A program made the position numbers and the translations under genes. This document shows positions 1 through 10,932 of a DNA stretch of 28,463 nt, in pieces. Source of the DNA: Myxococcales bacterium (lineage in GTDB: Bacteria > Myxococcota > Myxococcia > Myxococcales > Anaeromyxobacteraceae); the NCBI GenBank assembly GCA_038320275.1, contig JBBQEB010000032.1:1-28463 (forward strand), in the 5' to 3' direction. Each line of letters starts with the position of its first letter. Positions within the stretch are counted from its first letter, which is position 1. Below the pieces are notes generated by a model that worked only from the letters and a program-made list of their open reading frames with translations, searched no databases and was not told where the DNA came from.

Positions 1-1
1 C

Positions 2-1129
2 GGGGCGATCGTGGTGGGGTGCGTGCTGGGGGTGCACCCGGGGTTGGCGATGCCGCCGCCGGGGGGGCTCGAGCACGTCTCGCTCCTCCTCTACGCGGCG
101 CTGGGCCTCGTCTCGGCCGTTCTCTCCCTCGCCTTCACCGAGTCTCTACTCATCCTTCGAAAGCGCTTCAGGGCGACGCCGCACAGCTGGGCCCACCCGG
201 CGGTGGGCGGACTCCTCACCGGGGGGCTCGCGGTGATCGCGCTCGCCACGATCCACTCGCAGGGCGTCACGGGCGGCGGCTACGCCACGCTCTCCTCCGC
301 GCTCGCCGGCAAGCTGCCGGGGACGGTGCTCGTCACGCTCTGCGTGCTGAAGCTCGCCGCCACCGTACTCTCCTACGCGAGCGGCGGCGCCGGCGGCATC
401 TTCGCGCCGGCGCTCTTCATCGGCGCGATGGCCGGCGGCGCCGTCGGCATGCTGGACGTCGCGCTGTTCCATCACTCCGCGGCCTCGCTGGGCGCCTTCG
501 CGCTGGTCGGCATGGGGGCCGTCTTCGCAGGGATCATCCGCGCGCCCATCACCTCGGTGCTCATCATCATCGAGATGACCGGCGGCTACTCGCTCATCTT
601 GCCGCTCATGATCGCGAGCATGCTGGCCTACGGCATCGCGCGCTACTACCGCCCGACCCCCATCTACGAGGCCTTGCTCGAGCAGGACGGCGTGAGGCTC
701 AACGAGCGCACGATGGCCGACCGGCTCGAAGGCGTGTCCATCCGCCAGGTGCCTCTCAGGACGGACTCCTTCGCGACGTTCCACAGCGGCGACGGGATCG
801 AGGCGCTCCTGGACGTGCTCTCGAAGCGCACCCGGCAGGAGGTCTTCCCGGTGCTGGCGGGGACGAAGCTCGTGGGCATGATCACCCTCGAGGATCTCGT
901 CGCGGTGGCCGGCCAGGAGCACCTCCCGGGCGTCGTGAACGCCGCGGACGTCATGCGGCCGCCCACCTCGCTCAGTCTCGACGACCACGTCCGCGCCGCC
1001 TTCGAGGCGATGCTCTCCCACGGCGTGCGCGAGCTGCCCGTGACCGATGGCGCCGGCGCGCTCCTGGGGTTCGTCGACGAGACCTCGATCGCCCACGCGT
1101 ACATGGCGGCGCGCGAGCGCGCGGAGTGA
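2..1129 (+). CDS. ClC (EriC-type) chloride channel/antiporter with C-terminal CBS pair; 5' end lies outside the window
   Basis: Hydrophobic helices with ClC motifs GGAGGIFAPALFIG, VGMGAVFAGIIRAPITSVLIIIEMTGG and PIYEALL, followed by two CBS-like repeats (VFPVL..LVGMIT, ELPVTD..LLGFVD). The frame is open from the window edge. Confidence 0.92.
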   Translation, partial: GAIVVGCVLGVHPGLAMPPPGGLEHVSLLLYAALGLVSAVLSLAFTESLLILRKRFRATPHSWAHPAVGGLLTGGLAVIALATIHSQGVTGGGYATLSSALAGKLPGTVLVTLCVLKLAATVLSYASGGAGGIFAPALFIGAMAGGAVGMLDVALFHHSAASLGAFALVGMGAVFAGIIRAPITSVLIIIEMTGGYSLILPLMIASMLAYGIARYYRPTPIYEALLEQDGVRLNERTMADRLEGVSIRQVPLRTDSFATFHSGDGIEALLDVLSKRTRQEVFPVLAGTKLVGMITLEDLVAVAGQEHLPGVVNAADVMRPPTSLSLDDHVRAAFEAMLSHGVRELPVTDGAGALLGFVDETSIAHAYMAARERAE

Positions 1130-1238
1130 AGCAGGGAGGCTCCCTACGAGCGTCGATCGTGGCGCGCTCCTCCATCGACGTGCCGGTGGAGCGGTGGTAC
1201 CGGAAGCGCGCGGCGGCGGCACCGCCCGGCGGCTAGAT

Positions 1239-2561
1239 TCAGCCCGGACCGTGACCCTGGGCGCTGCCCTCACGCGCGAGCTCGCGCCGCGCTGCGAGCG
1301 GCACGCCGTCTCCGAGGCCGACGTCCAAGGTCTGAAGCTGCCGCCGGAGCTCGTCGCGACAGGAGGGTGGAGCGATCCCCAGCAGGTCGTCGAGGAGGAA
1401 GCGCAGCCGCCGCACGACCTGGATGGACGCGTGTCCTTCGTGGCGGATCTCGTCCAGCGCGAGGCGGACGAACGCGTCGTAATCGGGGCGCCGGAAGACG
1501 AGGCGCGCGCGGCCGGAGGGCTCCGTCTGCGCGGAGCTCGGAAAGCGCCGGAACATGAGGTTCCTCAGGAGATCGTGGAGCTGGTCGAGGGCCTGCACCG
1601 CGGTGGTGGGATCGTTGACCCCAGGTGAGAGCGCACGAACCGCGACGTCCACGATGCTCCGGAAACCGAACGCGGGATCCTGCCGGAACGTGCGCTCGCG
1701 CCCGATGGCGATGGCGTCGCGCACCGCATCCGGCTCCAGGTGCGAGGCGTCGCCCCAGACCCTGGCGAGCACGCCTCCCTCCGGCACGAAGTCGCCGAGC
1801 ATGGGGACGAGCTCCACGGTCACCTCGGAATCCCCGACCGCTCTCCAGAGCCGCTCATGCGAGACGGCGACGAGCACGCCGGAGTGGCCGCGGTGCAGCA
1901 CGAGCTGGTCGGGCTCTTCCGCCTCCGGGGCCCACGGCTCCGGGGAAGCGTCGCCGTTGGAGGCGTCGGGGTAGATCTCCTGGATCGAGGCGCGGGTCTC
2001 GTCTCCCAGGCGAGCGAGGACGTTCACGGCCCGGATCTGCTGCGACACGTGGTCGATGAAGAAGACGAACGTCCCGACCGAGATGATCGCGAGCGTGACC
2101 GCGAACCACACGGACAGCGACGGGACGAAGGCATCGATCCCGTGGCTCGCTCCCCGTATGCTCCGCAGGGTGAGCAGCGCGTAGACGAACGTGCTCACAA
2201 AGATGGAGAGCGAGATCTGCGTCGGGCGATCGCCCAGGAAGCTCGGCATCACGCGCGGGGAGAACTGCTCCGACGCGAGCTGCAGGACGAGGACCGTCAC
2301 CGAGAACCCCACGCCGGTGCAGGTCATGATGGCGGTGGCCACGGCCCCCAGGACGGCGCGTGCCCCCTCGGGCCCGCCACGGAAGAGATACCAGGCGGTG
2401 GCGTCGATCGAGAGCGTCTGGTCGATGGCGGTCAGCGCGACGGAGAGCCCGCCGGCGCCCAGCACGCCGAGCGCCGGGAAAAGCCACAGGTTCTGGCGCA
2501 ACGCATCGAGCCCGCGGCCGAGCCAGGGGATGACGTCCGTGAGCCGTGAGGCCTTGCCCAT
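1239..2561 (-). CDS. DUF2254 family predicted membrane protein
   Basis: Family-typical motifs LQLASEQFSPRV, QDPAFGFRSIVDVAVRALSPGVNDPTTAVQALDQLHDLL; N-terminal TM helices. Start chosen at ATG 2561 (MGKAS...). Confidence 0.88.
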   Translation of the reverse strand: MGKASRLTDVIPWLGRGLDALRQNLWLFPALGVLGAGGLSVALTAIDQTLSIDATAWYLFRGGPEGARAVLGAVATAIMTCTGVGFSVTVLVLQLASEQFSPRVMPSFLGDRPTQISLSIFVSTFVYALLTLRSIRGASHGIDAFVPSLSVWFAVTLAIISVGTFVFFIDHVSQQIRAVNVLARLGDETRASIQEIYPDASNGDASPEPWAPEAEEPDQLVLHRGHSGVLVAVSHERLWRAVGDSEVTVELVPMLGDFVPEGGVLARVWGDASHLEPDAVRDAIAIGRERTFRQDPAFGFRSIVDVAVRALSPGVNDPTTAVQALDQLHDLLRNLMFRRFPSSAQTEPSGRARLVFRRPDYDAFVRLALDEIRHEGHASIQVVRRLRFLLDDLLGIAPPSCRDELRRQLQTLDVGLGDGVPLAARRELAREGSAQGHGPG

Positions 2562-2772
2562 GGGTCCACGATGCCGTCGATGCGCACCGCGCTGCAAGCG
2601 CGGAACCTGCCGACGTGGATGAAACCGCCCTCGCGCCGCTCGACGCGCCCGATTGCCGCCGGCGGCACGGCCTCGGGATTCCGGCCCCGACCCGACAAAT
2701 CGTTAGGTGCGGTCACGCAGCAAGATTAGCCTCTCGCGACCATGACCTCGATGTCCCCGCGCTGGTGAGCAC

Positions 2773-4200
2773 ATGAGCCGGTCCTTCGTACAACTCATCC
2801 GCAGTCCATGGAGCCTCGCCGGCGCGGTCCTGACCACGACCAGCGCAGTCCTCATCCTGACGCTGGCGCTCCTGGGAGCGGTAGGGTTCGAGGGGGGCGC
2901 CTACCTGGGGATCCTGGCCTACCTGATCCTTCCCGTGTTCTTCCTGCTCGGCCTGGCGCTGATCCCCTTCGGCATGTGGCGCGAGCGCCGGCGGGTCGCG
3001 CGCGCGAGGGCGGCGGGGGCGCTACCGCCGCAGCCGTCCGTCCTCGACCTGAGCCAACCTCGAACGCAGCGGCGGGTGCTCCTCTTCGCGGCCCTCACCA
3101 CCGCCAACGTGGTGATCGTCTCCCTCGCGACCTTCAAGGCCGTGCATCTGATGGACACGCCGGCGTTCTGCGGCTCGTGCCACAGCGTCATCGGCCCGGA
3201 GTTCGCCACCCACCAGCGATCACCCCACGCCCGTGTTGCCTGCGTCGATTGCCACATCGGTTCGGGCGCAACCTGGTACGTGAAGGCGAAGCTGTCGGGC
3301 ACGATCGAGCTGCTCCACACCGTCACCGGCAATTACCCCAGGCCACTCCCCGTGCCGGTCCACAGTCTGCGGCCGGCGCGCGCCACCTGCGAGACCTGCC
3401 ATTGGCCCAGCAAGTTCGAGGGGACTCGCCTGGTCGTGAGAACCTCGTTCGCCGATGACGAGGCCAACACGCCCCAGAAGACCGTGCTCCTCATGCACAT
3501 CGGAGGCGGATCAGGCCCGCGGGGCCAGGGAATTCACTACCACGTCGCCGAGGGAGTCAGGATTCGCTACCTCGCCGATCCGGCGCTCTCGAGCGTCGGC
3601 GTGGTCGAGCTGACCCGTCACGACAAGAGCCACCAGACCTTCGTGAGCTCGGACGGTCCGAGCCAGCCCGGGCCGAAAGCGGTCTGGCGCACCATGGACT
3701 GCATCGATTGCCACAACCGGCCTTCTCACATCTATGTGACCGCCGAGAAGGCCCTCGACGACGCCATCCAGGACGGCCGCGTCCCTCGCTCGCTGCCATT
3801 CATCCACCGGGAGGGGTTGAAGTTGCTCGGGGCGCAGTACCCTTCAGAACAGGCCGCGCGAGAGGCCATCCGCAAAGGACTCTCCACCTTTTACACGCAG
3901 CGTGCGCCAGGCAGCTCGGGATCGACGCAGGCGATCGAGGCAGCGGCGACCTATCTCGGCGACCTCTGGGCGCAGAACGTCTGGCCCGGGATGAAGATCA
4001 CCTGGGGAACCTACCCGAGCTTCATCGGCCATTCCCAGGCGCCTGGATGCTTCCGCTGCCACGACGGGAATCACAGCAGCCGGGACGGGAAGTCCACCAT
4101 CTCCAACGACTGCGGGCTCTGCCATACGTTGCTCTCGCAGGACGAGCCCGATCCGAAGATCCTGCACGAGCTCCAGATGCTCGATGAGCCGAGCAGATGA
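2773..4200 (+). CDS. Membrane-anchored multiheme cytochrome c, NapC/NirT-like N-terminus (ImcH-like), 6 CxxCH motifs
   Basis: Three N-terminal hydrophobic segments. Heme motifs CGSCH, CVDCH, CETCH, CIDCH, CFRCH, CGLCH. NapC-type SPHARVACVDCHIG signature. Confidence 0.9.
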   Translation: MSRSFVQLIRSPWSLAGAVLTTTSAVLILTLALLGAVGFEGGAYLGILAYLILPVFFLLGLALIPFGMWRERRRVARARAAGALPPQPSVLDLSQPRTQRRVLLFAALTTANVVIVSLATFKAVHLMDTPAFCGSCHSVIGPEFATHQRSPHARVACVDCHIGSGATWYVKAKLSGTIELLHTVTGNYPRPLPVPVHSLRPARATCETCHWPSKFEGTRLVVRTSFADDEANTPQKTVLLMHIGGGSGPRGQGIHYHVAEGVRIRYLADPALSSVGVVELTRHDKSHQTFVSSDGPSQPGPKAVWRTMDCIDCHNRPSHIYVTAEKALDDAIQDGRVPRSLPFIHREGLKLLGAQYPSEQAAREAIRKGLSTFYTQRAPGSSGSTQAIEAAATYLGDLWAQNVWPGMKITWGTYPSFIGHSQAPGCFRCHDGNHSSRDGKSTISNDCGLCHTLLSQDEPDPKILHELQMLDEPSR

Positions 4201-4237
4201 GGCGCGCTGCCTTGCGCTAAAGCTTCCGAGCCCCTCC

Positions 4238-6208
4238 TCATCGCCGAGCGGTACGCTGGCGGCGCGGTGCGTGATGCAGGGTCGCACCGGAGAGGCGCTG
4301 ACTCGAGTGGAGGTGGGTGCGGTCCGCCGTCGGCAAGGCAGGCGCTCCGCCACTTGCGCGCACCTGCTCGAGCTGAGCGGCGGAGTGGATGAGGGCGAGG
4401 TGCGTGAACGCCTGCGGGAAGTTGCCCAGCAGCTCCTTGCGAACGGGGTCGTACTCTTCCGCGAACAGGCCGAGGTCGTTGCCGAGCGAGAGCACGTGCG
4501 CGAACCTTCGCTCCGCTTCCTCGATCCGTCCCTGCATGGCGAGCACGTCCACGAGCCAGAAGGACGCCATGAGGAACGCCCCCTCGCCGCCGGCGAGGCC
4601 GTCCGCCGCCTCCGAGGGGCGGTAGCGCTGTACGAGCCCGTCCACGACGAGGTCCTCGAGGATGGCCTCGACGGTCTTCTTCATTCGCGGGTCCGCCGCG
4701 CCGACGAAGCCGACCACCGGCAGCAGGAGGAGGCTCGCGTCCAGCTCGCGCGAGCCGTAGGACTGGACGAAGCAGCCGCGCACCGGGTCGATTCCGTTCT
4801 GCTCGATGCTCAGGCGGATCTCGTCGCGGACCGAGCGCCAGCGCTTCGCCTCGCACGGCAGGCTCTGCTCCGTTGCGGCTTGCAGCCCGCGCTCGAGGGC
4901 CACCCAGCACATCACCTTCGAGTGGACGTAGTGCCGGGGTTGCCCGCGCACCTCCCAGATGCCTCGGTCGGGCTCGGCCCAGTGGGCACAGGCAGCCTCG
5001 ACCAGGCTCGAGAGGAAGGTCCAGCCCTCCGCGGTGATCGGGCTGCCCGCTCGCCTCCACAGATGGGCGGCCTGGAGCAGCTCTCCGTAAACGTCGAGCT
5101 GCCGCTGGGTGGAGGCAGCGTTCCCGATACGCACGGGCCGTGAGCCCCGGTACCCCTCCAGCGCGAGCTCGACCTCGGGGAGGCGGCGCTCTCCGTAACA
5201 GCCGTACATGATCTGCAAGTCCTCCGCGCGACCCGCCGTCGCCCGCTCGATGAACTGCTTGAACCCGGCGGCCACCTCCGGGTGTCCCGCGTCGAGCAGC
5301 GAAGCCAGCGTGAGGGTCGCATCGCGAACCCAGACATACCGATAGTCCCAGTTGCGCGCGCCGCCGATCCGCTCCGGCAGCGAGGTGGTCGGAGCGGCGA
5401 TGATGCCCCCCGTCGGCGCACAGGTGAGCAACTTGAGGACGAGCGCCGACCGGTTGACCGCCTCGGAGTGAACGGCGAAGCGGCGCCCCTTCTTCACCCA
5501 GCTTCGCCACCACAGGATCGTCTCGCGCAGCCGTCCATCGAGGGTGCGCGCAGAGGGCCTCGCGAGGCTCAGTTTGTGCGGACGCTGCGACACGAGGGAG
5601 AAGCGGCACCGCTGGCGAGCCCGGACGGTGACCTCGCCGCGCAGCACGGCCGCGCCGGAGTCGATGGCGAGGTCGCAGTCCGCGGAGAGGACGAACGCGT
5701 CGGCGCCACCCACGGCCGTGTAAACGCGGTCCTTCCGGTGGAAGCGGACCCACGGCCTCACGCTGGCGTAGTCGAAGCGCGGCTCCACCAGCACGTCGAA
5801 GGCGACCTCTCCCTCGACGCCCTCCACCACGCGCAAGATCTGGTGACGCGGGCGACGACGACCACCGGTGCGCATGGTGAAGCAGTCGAGGACCCGCGCA
5901 GTTCCGGACCCTGTCTGAAAGCGCGTCTCGAGGACGTTCGTGTCCGGCAGGTAACGGCGGGTGACCCGCGCCCGGCCGCGTGGCGAGAGCGCGAAGGTCC
6001 CGCCCGCCCGGGCATCGAGGATGCGGCCGAAGATGCTACCCGCGTCGAAGCGCGAGAGACACGCCCAGTCGATGGCCCCGTCCCTCGACACGAGCGCCGC
6101 GCCGTGGCAATCGCCGATGAGGCCGTACTCCGATAGTGGCAGATAGCCCGGGGGCTCCGCAGCCTCTCCCTCCGCGCCGCCGTTTGCAGGGATCCGCTTC
6201 GAGCTCAT
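4238..6208 (-). CDS. Glycoside hydrolase family 15 (trehalase/glucoamylase-like)
   Basis: YGLIGDCHGAALVSRDGAIDWAC N-terminal domain; AAPTTSLPE, RNWDYRYVWVRD, QLDVYGE, DRGIWEVR, LGLFAEE and GNFPQAFTHLALI motifs. Confidence 0.95.
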   Translation of the reverse strand: MSSKRIPANGGAEGEAAEPPGYLPLSEYGLIGDCHGAALVSRDGAIDWACLSRFDAGSIFGRILDARAGGTFALSPRGRARVTRRYLPDTNVLETRFQTGSGTARVLDCFTMRTGGRRRPRHQILRVVEGVEGEVAFDVLVEPRFDYASVRPWVRFHRKDRVYTAVGGADAFVLSADCDLAIDSGAAVLRGEVTVRARQRCRFSLVSQRPHKLSLARPSARTLDGRLRETILWWRSWVKKGRRFAVHSEAVNRSALVLKLLTCAPTGGIIAAPTTSLPERIGGARNWDYRYVWVRDATLTLASLLDAGHPEVAAGFKQFIERATAGRAEDLQIMYGCYGERRLPEVELALEGYRGSRPVRIGNAASTQRQLDVYGELLQAAHLWRRAGSPITAEGWTFLSSLVEAACAHWAEPDRGIWEVRGQPRHYVHSKVMCWVALERGLQAATEQSLPCEAKRWRSVRDEIRLSIEQNGIDPVRGCFVQSYGSRELDASLLLLPVVGFVGAADPRMKKTVEAILEDLVVDGLVQRYRPSEAADGLAGGEGAFLMASFWLVDVLAMQGRIEEAERRFAHVLSLGNDLGLFAEEYDPVRKELLGNFPQAFTHLALIHSAAQLEQVRASGGAPALPTADRTHLHSSQRLSGATLHHAPRRQRTARR

Positions 6209-6211
6209 GTC

Positions 6212-7594
6212 TCAGCGCTGCTCCGGAGGAACCACCGGATCGTGCCAGGCCCCTGGCGCCACCAGCGCCCCGGCTTCGGGCGGGCCCCAGGTGCCTGGCT
6301 CGTACTCGAGGACGGTGGGCATCACCTTCAGTACCGGATCCACGATGCGCCAGGCCGCCTCCACATAGTCCTGGCGGGCGAAGTGGAAGGGCTCGCCCAC
6401 CATCGCGTCGGTGAGGAGCTGGGCGTAGGCAGCCTCCTTCTCGGCGGTGGCCTCCTGGCTCACCATGAGCTCGACCTCCTCACCCAGCAGCTCATCTCCC
6501 TGGCGCTTCACCATGGCGCCCACGGCGATGGAGGCCTCGGGGCTCAGCCGGAACCGGAAGTAATTCGTCGGGGGCACCGCAGTGTAGACCGGAGGCGGCC
6601 GGCGCAGCTTCACGAGCACCTCCGTGCAGTTGACGGGGAGACACTTGCCGGCCCGGATGAAGAAGGGGACTCCCTGCCACCGCCATGACTCGATGTGCAG
6701 TCGCACGGCCGCGTACGTCTCGACCGTCGACTGCGGCGACACGCCCGCCCCGCCGCGATACCCGCGAAATTGCCCCCGCACGACGTCTGCAGGGGAGAGC
6801 GGAAGGATGGCCTTCAGCACCTTCACCTTCTCGTCGCGGCTGCTCTCGTGATCGGCACCTGGCGACGGCGGCTCCATGGCGATGTTCGCGAGCACCTGGA
6901 GCAGGTGGTTCTGGACGACGTCGCGGATGGCCCCGGCCTGCTCATAAAACGTGCCGCGGCCCTGGACCCCGAAGCGCTCCGCCATCGTGATCTGCACCGA
7001 CTCGACGAAGTTGCGATTCCAGATGGGCTCGAGGAAGGCGTTGGCGAAGCGGAAGAAGGCTAGGTTCTGCACGGCGTTCTTGCCGAGATAGTGGTCGATG
7101 CGGAAGATGCGCGACTCGCCGAAGGAGGAGAGGAGGATCCGGTTCAGCTCGCGGGCCGAGGCCAGGTCGCGGCCGAAGGGCTTTTCCAGCACGACCCGCG
7201 CGCCCCGGTTGCAGCCCGAGCGCTCGAGCTGTCCCACGACGAGGCCGAAGAGCGCCGGCGGGATGGCGAGGTAGTGGGTGGGGTGCTCCGCAGAACCGAG
7301 CTCGCGCCGCAAGGCCTCGAAGGTCGCAGGATCCGCGTAGTCGCCGTCGACGTAGCGCAGGAGGCTGGAGAGCTTCGCAAACGCGGCTGGGTCCAACCCT
7401 CCGTGCTCTGCCAGGCTCTTCTGGGCTCGCTCCCGGAGCTGGTCGAGGCCCCAGCCGGCCTTGGCCACGCCGATGACGGGGACGTCGAGGCCGTGATGTT
7501 GGATCATCCGCTGCAGGGCGGGAAAGACCTTCTTGTAGGCGAGGTCACCCGTCGCCCCGAGGAACACCAGGGCGTCCGACGGTTGCCCGCTCAC
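6212..7594 (-). CDS. zwf: Glucose-6-phosphate 1-dehydrogenase
   Basis: GATGDLA dinucleotide-binding motif, [13 protein letters not shown] catalytic motif, [25 protein letters not shown] start overlaps the tkt stop (GTGA, 7591-7594). Confidence 0.96.
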   Translation of the reverse strand: MSGQPSDALVFLGATGDLAYKKVFPALQRMIQHHGLDVPVIGVAKAGWGLDQLRERAQKSLAEHGGLDPAAFAKLSSLLRYVDGDYADPATFEALRRELGSAEHPTHYLAIPPALFGLVVGQLERSGCNRGARVVLEKPFGRDLASARELNRILLSSFGESRIFRIDHYLGKNAVQNLAFFRFANAFLEPIWNRNFVESVQITMAERFGVQGRGTFYEQAGAIRDVVQNHLLQVLANIAMEPPSPGADHESSRDEKVKVLKAILPLSPADVVRGQFRGYRGGAGVSPQSTVETYAAVRLHIESWRWQGVPFFIRAGKCLPVNCTEVLVKLRRPPPVYTAVPPTNYFRFRLSPEASIAVGAMVKRQGDELLGEEVELMVSQEATAEKEAAYAQLLTDAMVGEPFHFARQDYVEAAWRIVDPVLKVMPTVLEYEPGTWGPPEAGALVAPGAWHDPVVPPEQR

Positions 7595-9711
7595 TTCGTC
7601 TCCAGGCGCAGGCTGGAGCCCGACCGTCCCACGGCTTCCGGTTCCCGAGGAGGTCCGCGGCGCGAACCGACCAGCGCGAGCGCTCGTTCGACGACGTGGT
7701 CCACCGTGAAGCCGTACTCCTTCATCACGGTCTCGCCGGGCGCCGATGCGCCGAAGCGATCGATGCCGAGGATGGCGCCGCGCGACCCCGTCCAGCGTTC
7801 CCAGCCGAGCGGCGAGGCGGCCTCGACTGCCAGCCGCGCCGTGACCGCCTCCGGCAAGACGCTCTCCCGATATTCGGAGGATTGCTCCTCGAAGAGTCGC
7901 CACGACGGCATCGACACCAACCTCGAGCGCACTCCCGCCGCGCGCAAGAGCGGTTCCGCGGCGACGGTGAGCGCGACCTCGGAGCCGCTCGCGATGAGCA
8001 CGAGGTCAGGTGCGTCTTCATCTGGATTGAGCACATAGGCGCCGCGTCGGCAGCCGTCCGCAGCCGCGTACTTCGACCGGTCGAGCGTCGGGACCGCCTG
8101 CCGCGTCAGGATGAGCGCGGTGGGCCGGCCGCGCTGCTCGATCGCGATCTGCCACGCCCAGCGCGTCTCGTTCGCGTCGCAGGGGCGGAGGACGATGAGG
8201 TTCGGGATCGCGCGCAGGGACGCGATCTGCTCGATGGGCTGGTGGGTCGGCCCGTCTTCGCCGACGGCGATGCTGTCGTGCGTGAAGACGAAGATCGATC
8301 GGAGCTCCGAGAGCGCCGAGAGGCGCATTGCGGGTCGCATGTAGTCCGAGAAGATGAGGAACGTCGCCGCGAAAGGGATGAAGCCGCCGTGGTAGGCGAG
8401 CCCGTTGACCGCCGCGCCCATGGCGTGCTCGCGCACGCCAAAGTGGACGTTGCGGCCAGCGTATCCCCAGCCCCCTCCGACGAGGCCCTGCACGCCCGCC
8501 GCGGACCGCGACGGAGACTCGAAATCGCCGTCGTCCTCGAGCCAGGTGTAGGTCGACGGATCGAGATCGGCCGAGCCACCCATGAGCTCCGGCAGGTGGC
8601 GCGCCACCTCTTGCATCACAGCTTCCGATGCCTTGCGCGTCGCCATGCCCTTGGCGTCGGTGGAGAAGCTGGGGAGCTTCTCGGACCACCCCGCCGGCAA
8701 CCGCGCCGAGAAGCGGCGCTCGAGCTCCCGCGCCAGCTCGGGGAAGGCCTTCGCGTGGTCGTCGCGCTTCGCCAGCCACGCCTGCTCCAGCTCACGACCG
8801 CGATCGAGCGCGGCGCGGAAGCGCCCCATCGCCTCCTCCGGGACGAAGAACGGCGGCTCGAGCGGCCACCCGAGGTTCTGCTTCGTCTTGCGCACCTCGT
8901 CGGTGCCCAGCGGGCTGCCGTGGGCGTGAAAGGTGCCTTGCTTGTCGGGGGCGCCGTAACCGAGCACCGTCTGCACCGAGATGAGCGAGGGGCGGTCGCC
9001 CGCGCCCCTCGCTTCGTGAATCGCGCGCTCGATGGCGGCGAGATCGTTGCCGTCCGCGACCTCCTGCACGTGCCAGCCGTAGGCGCGGTAGCGCGCGGCA
9101 AGGTCCTCGGTGAACGCGATGGGCGTGGTCGCCGACAGCGTGACGTGGTTGTTGTCGTAGAGGACGATGAGCCGGCCGAGTCCAAGGTGGCCCGCGAGCG
9201 AGCCCGCCTCGCTCTGCACGCCTTCCATCATGTCGCCGTCGCTCGCGAGCGCGTAGGTGAAGTGGTGGACGATCTCGTGCCCCGGACGGTTGTAGCGCGC
9301 GGCCAGGTGAGCCTCGGCGATGGCCATCCCCACGGCGTTGCCGATGCCCTGGCCCAAGGGACCGGTCGAAGCTTCGACGCCGCTGGTGACGTGGCTCTCC
9401 GGGTGTCCCGGCGTCCGGCTTCCCCATTGCCGGAAGCGCTCGAGCTGGTCGAGCGGCAGGTCGTACCCGGTGAGATGGAGCAGCGCGTAGAGGAGCGCCG
9501 ACCCGTGCCCCGCCGAAAGCACGAAGCGGTCGCGGTCCCACCAGCTCGGGTCGCGCGGGTTGTGTCGAAGGAACCGCGTCCACAGCACGTAGGCCATCGG
9601 TGCGGCGCCCATCGGCAAGCCGGGGTGTCCCGAGTCCGCCTTCTGCACCATGTCGACCGAGAGGAAGCGGATGGCATCGACGCAAGCCTGATCGAGCTCG
9701 TCGCCCGTCAT
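7591..9711 (-). CDS. tkt: Transketolase
   Basis: [28 protein letters not shown], ThDP motif SDGDMMEG...[38 protein letters not shown] before ATG 9711. Confidence 0.97.
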   Translation of the reverse strand: MTGDELDQACVDAIRFLSVDMVQKADSGHPGLPMGAAPMAYVLWTRFLRHNPRDPSWWDRDRFVLSAGHGSALLYALLHLTGYDLPLDQLERFRQWGSRTPGHPESHVTSGVEASTGPLGQGIGNAVGMAIAEAHLAARYNRPGHEIVHHFTYALASDGDMMEGVQSEAGSLAGHLGLGRLIVLYDNNHVTLSATTPIAFTEDLAARYRAYGWHVQEVADGNDLAAIERAIHEARGAGDRPSLISVQTVLGYGAPDKQGTFHAHGSPLGTDEVRKTKQNLGWPLEPPFFVPEEAMGRFRAALDRGRELEQAWLAKRDDHAKAFPELARELERRFSARLPAGWSEKLPSFSTDAKGMATRKASEAVMQEVARHLPELMGGSADLDPSTYTWLEDDGDFESPSRSAAGVQGLVGGGWGYAGRNVHFGVREHAMGAAVNGLAYHGGFIPFAATFLIFSDYMRPAMRLSALSELRSIFVFTHDSIAVGEDGPTHQPIEQIASLRAIPNLIVLRPCDANETRWAWQIAIEQRGRPTALILTRQAVPTLDRSKYAAADGCRRGAYVLNPDEDAPDLVLIASGSEVALTVAAEPLLRAAGVRSRLVSMPSWRLFEEQSSEYRESVLPEAVTARLAVEAASPLGWERWTGSRGAILGIDRFGASAPGETVMKEYGFTVDHVVERALALVGSRRGPPREPEAVGRSGSSLRLETK

Positions 9712-9801
9712 GAAGACCTCCTCGTGCTTCTCCGCCGCGCCGCCGGCACGCTTCGCCGGACGCTCATGTCCGCACACCATGGCTTGGGAGCATCGGCGCC
9801 G

Positions 9802-10815
9802 TCAGGAGTGCTTTTCCTCATGGCCCCCGAATTCGTACCGGAGCGCCGAGAGTAACTTGTTGGCGAAGTCTTCCTCGCCTCGTGAGGCAAAGCGCTGCGC
9901 CAGCGCCGCGCTGAGAACCGATGCGGGCACTCCCTCGTCGATGGCGGCCTTGAGGGTCCAGCGCCCCTCGCCAGAATCGGAAACGCGACCGGCGAACCCG
10001 CCCAGATCGGGGCTCTTGGCGAGCGCAGCTGCGGTCAGATCGAGGAGCCACGATCCGATCACGCTGCCGTGGCGCCAGCTCTCGACGATGTCGGGGAGAT
10101 TCAGATCGTACTGGTAGAGCTCGGGATGGCGGAGCGGCGTCGTCTCCGCGTCGGTGTCCCGCGCCTCGTTGCCGATGTTGGCGTGACGCAGGATGTTGAG
10201 CCCTTCGGCGTAAGCCGCCATGAGCCCGTACTCGATGCCGTTGTGAACCATCTTCACGAAGTGACCGGCGCCCGATGGACCGCAGTGAACGTAGCCATGC
10301 TCCGGCGGGCCGCTCCTGCCCTCGCGGCCCTGCGTGGGCGAGAGGGCACCCGGGCCAGGCGCGAGCGCGGAGAAGATGGGATCGAGGCGCTTCACCACCT
10401 CGGCGCGGCCCCCGATCATCTGGCAGTAGCCGCGCTCGAGGCCCCACACACCACCGGAGGTCCCGACGTCGACGTAGTCGATCTTCTTGTCCGCGAGGGT
10501 CTTCGCGCGCCGGATATCGTCGTGATAATAGGAGTTGCCGCCATCGATGATCGCGTCGCCGGGGCCCAGGTGCGGCACCAGCTCGTCGAGCGTCGCGTCA
10601 ACGACTCCGGCCGGCACCATGATCCAGATCGCACGCGGCGCCTCCAGCTTGTCGATCAGGTCGGCAAGCGAGTTGGCTGCGACCGCGCCAGCAGCGGTGA
10701 GCTCGAGCGCCGCCTGAGGGTGAATGTCGAACACCACGCACGGGTGGCCACCTCGAAGGAGGCGCCGCACCATGTTCGATCCCATCCGCCCCAGCCCGAC
10801 CATTCCCAGCTTCAT
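9802..10815 (-). CDS. gnd: 6-phosphogluconate dehydrogenase, decarboxylating, short GntZ/YqeC type
   Basis: [45 protein letters not shown] and C-terminal FGGH; 337 aa short form. Confidence 0.95.
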   Translation of the reverse strand: MKLGMVGLGRMGSNMVRRLLRGGHPCVVFDIHPQAALELTAAGAVAANSLADLIDKLEAPRAIWIMVPAGVVDATLDELVPHLGPGDAIIDGGNSYYHDDIRRAKTLADKKIDYVDVGTSGGVWGLERGYCQMIGGRAEVVKRLDPIFSALAPGPGALSPTQGREGRSGPPEHGYVHCGPSGAGHFVKMVHNGIEYGLMAAYAEGLNILRHANIGNEARDTDAETTPLRHPELYQYDLNLPDIVESWRHGSVIGSWLLDLTAAALAKSPDLGGFAGRVSDSGEGRWTLKAAIDEGVPASVLSAALAQRFASRGEEDFANKLLSALRYEFGGHEEKHS

Positions 10816-10932
10816 CGTCCGCCCCCGTCGCTTCGGCACTGCGACCGCCATGGCGGTGCACCGCGTGCCGTCGCCAGTTGTTCGTCGCGCCGCCGGCTCG
10901 CTGCCGGCAGCAGAAAGGCACATCGCCTGCGG

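Noticed and set aside
1130..1238. Hairpin-like sequences between the convergent ClC and DUF2254 genes
   Set aside because: No U-tract and imperfect stems; cannot support a terminator call.
2593..2609. GG-N10-GC with TTGCA upstream of DUF2254 (minus strand AGGTTCCGCGCTTGCA)
   Set aside because: The -24 element departs from TGGCAC; too weak to call.
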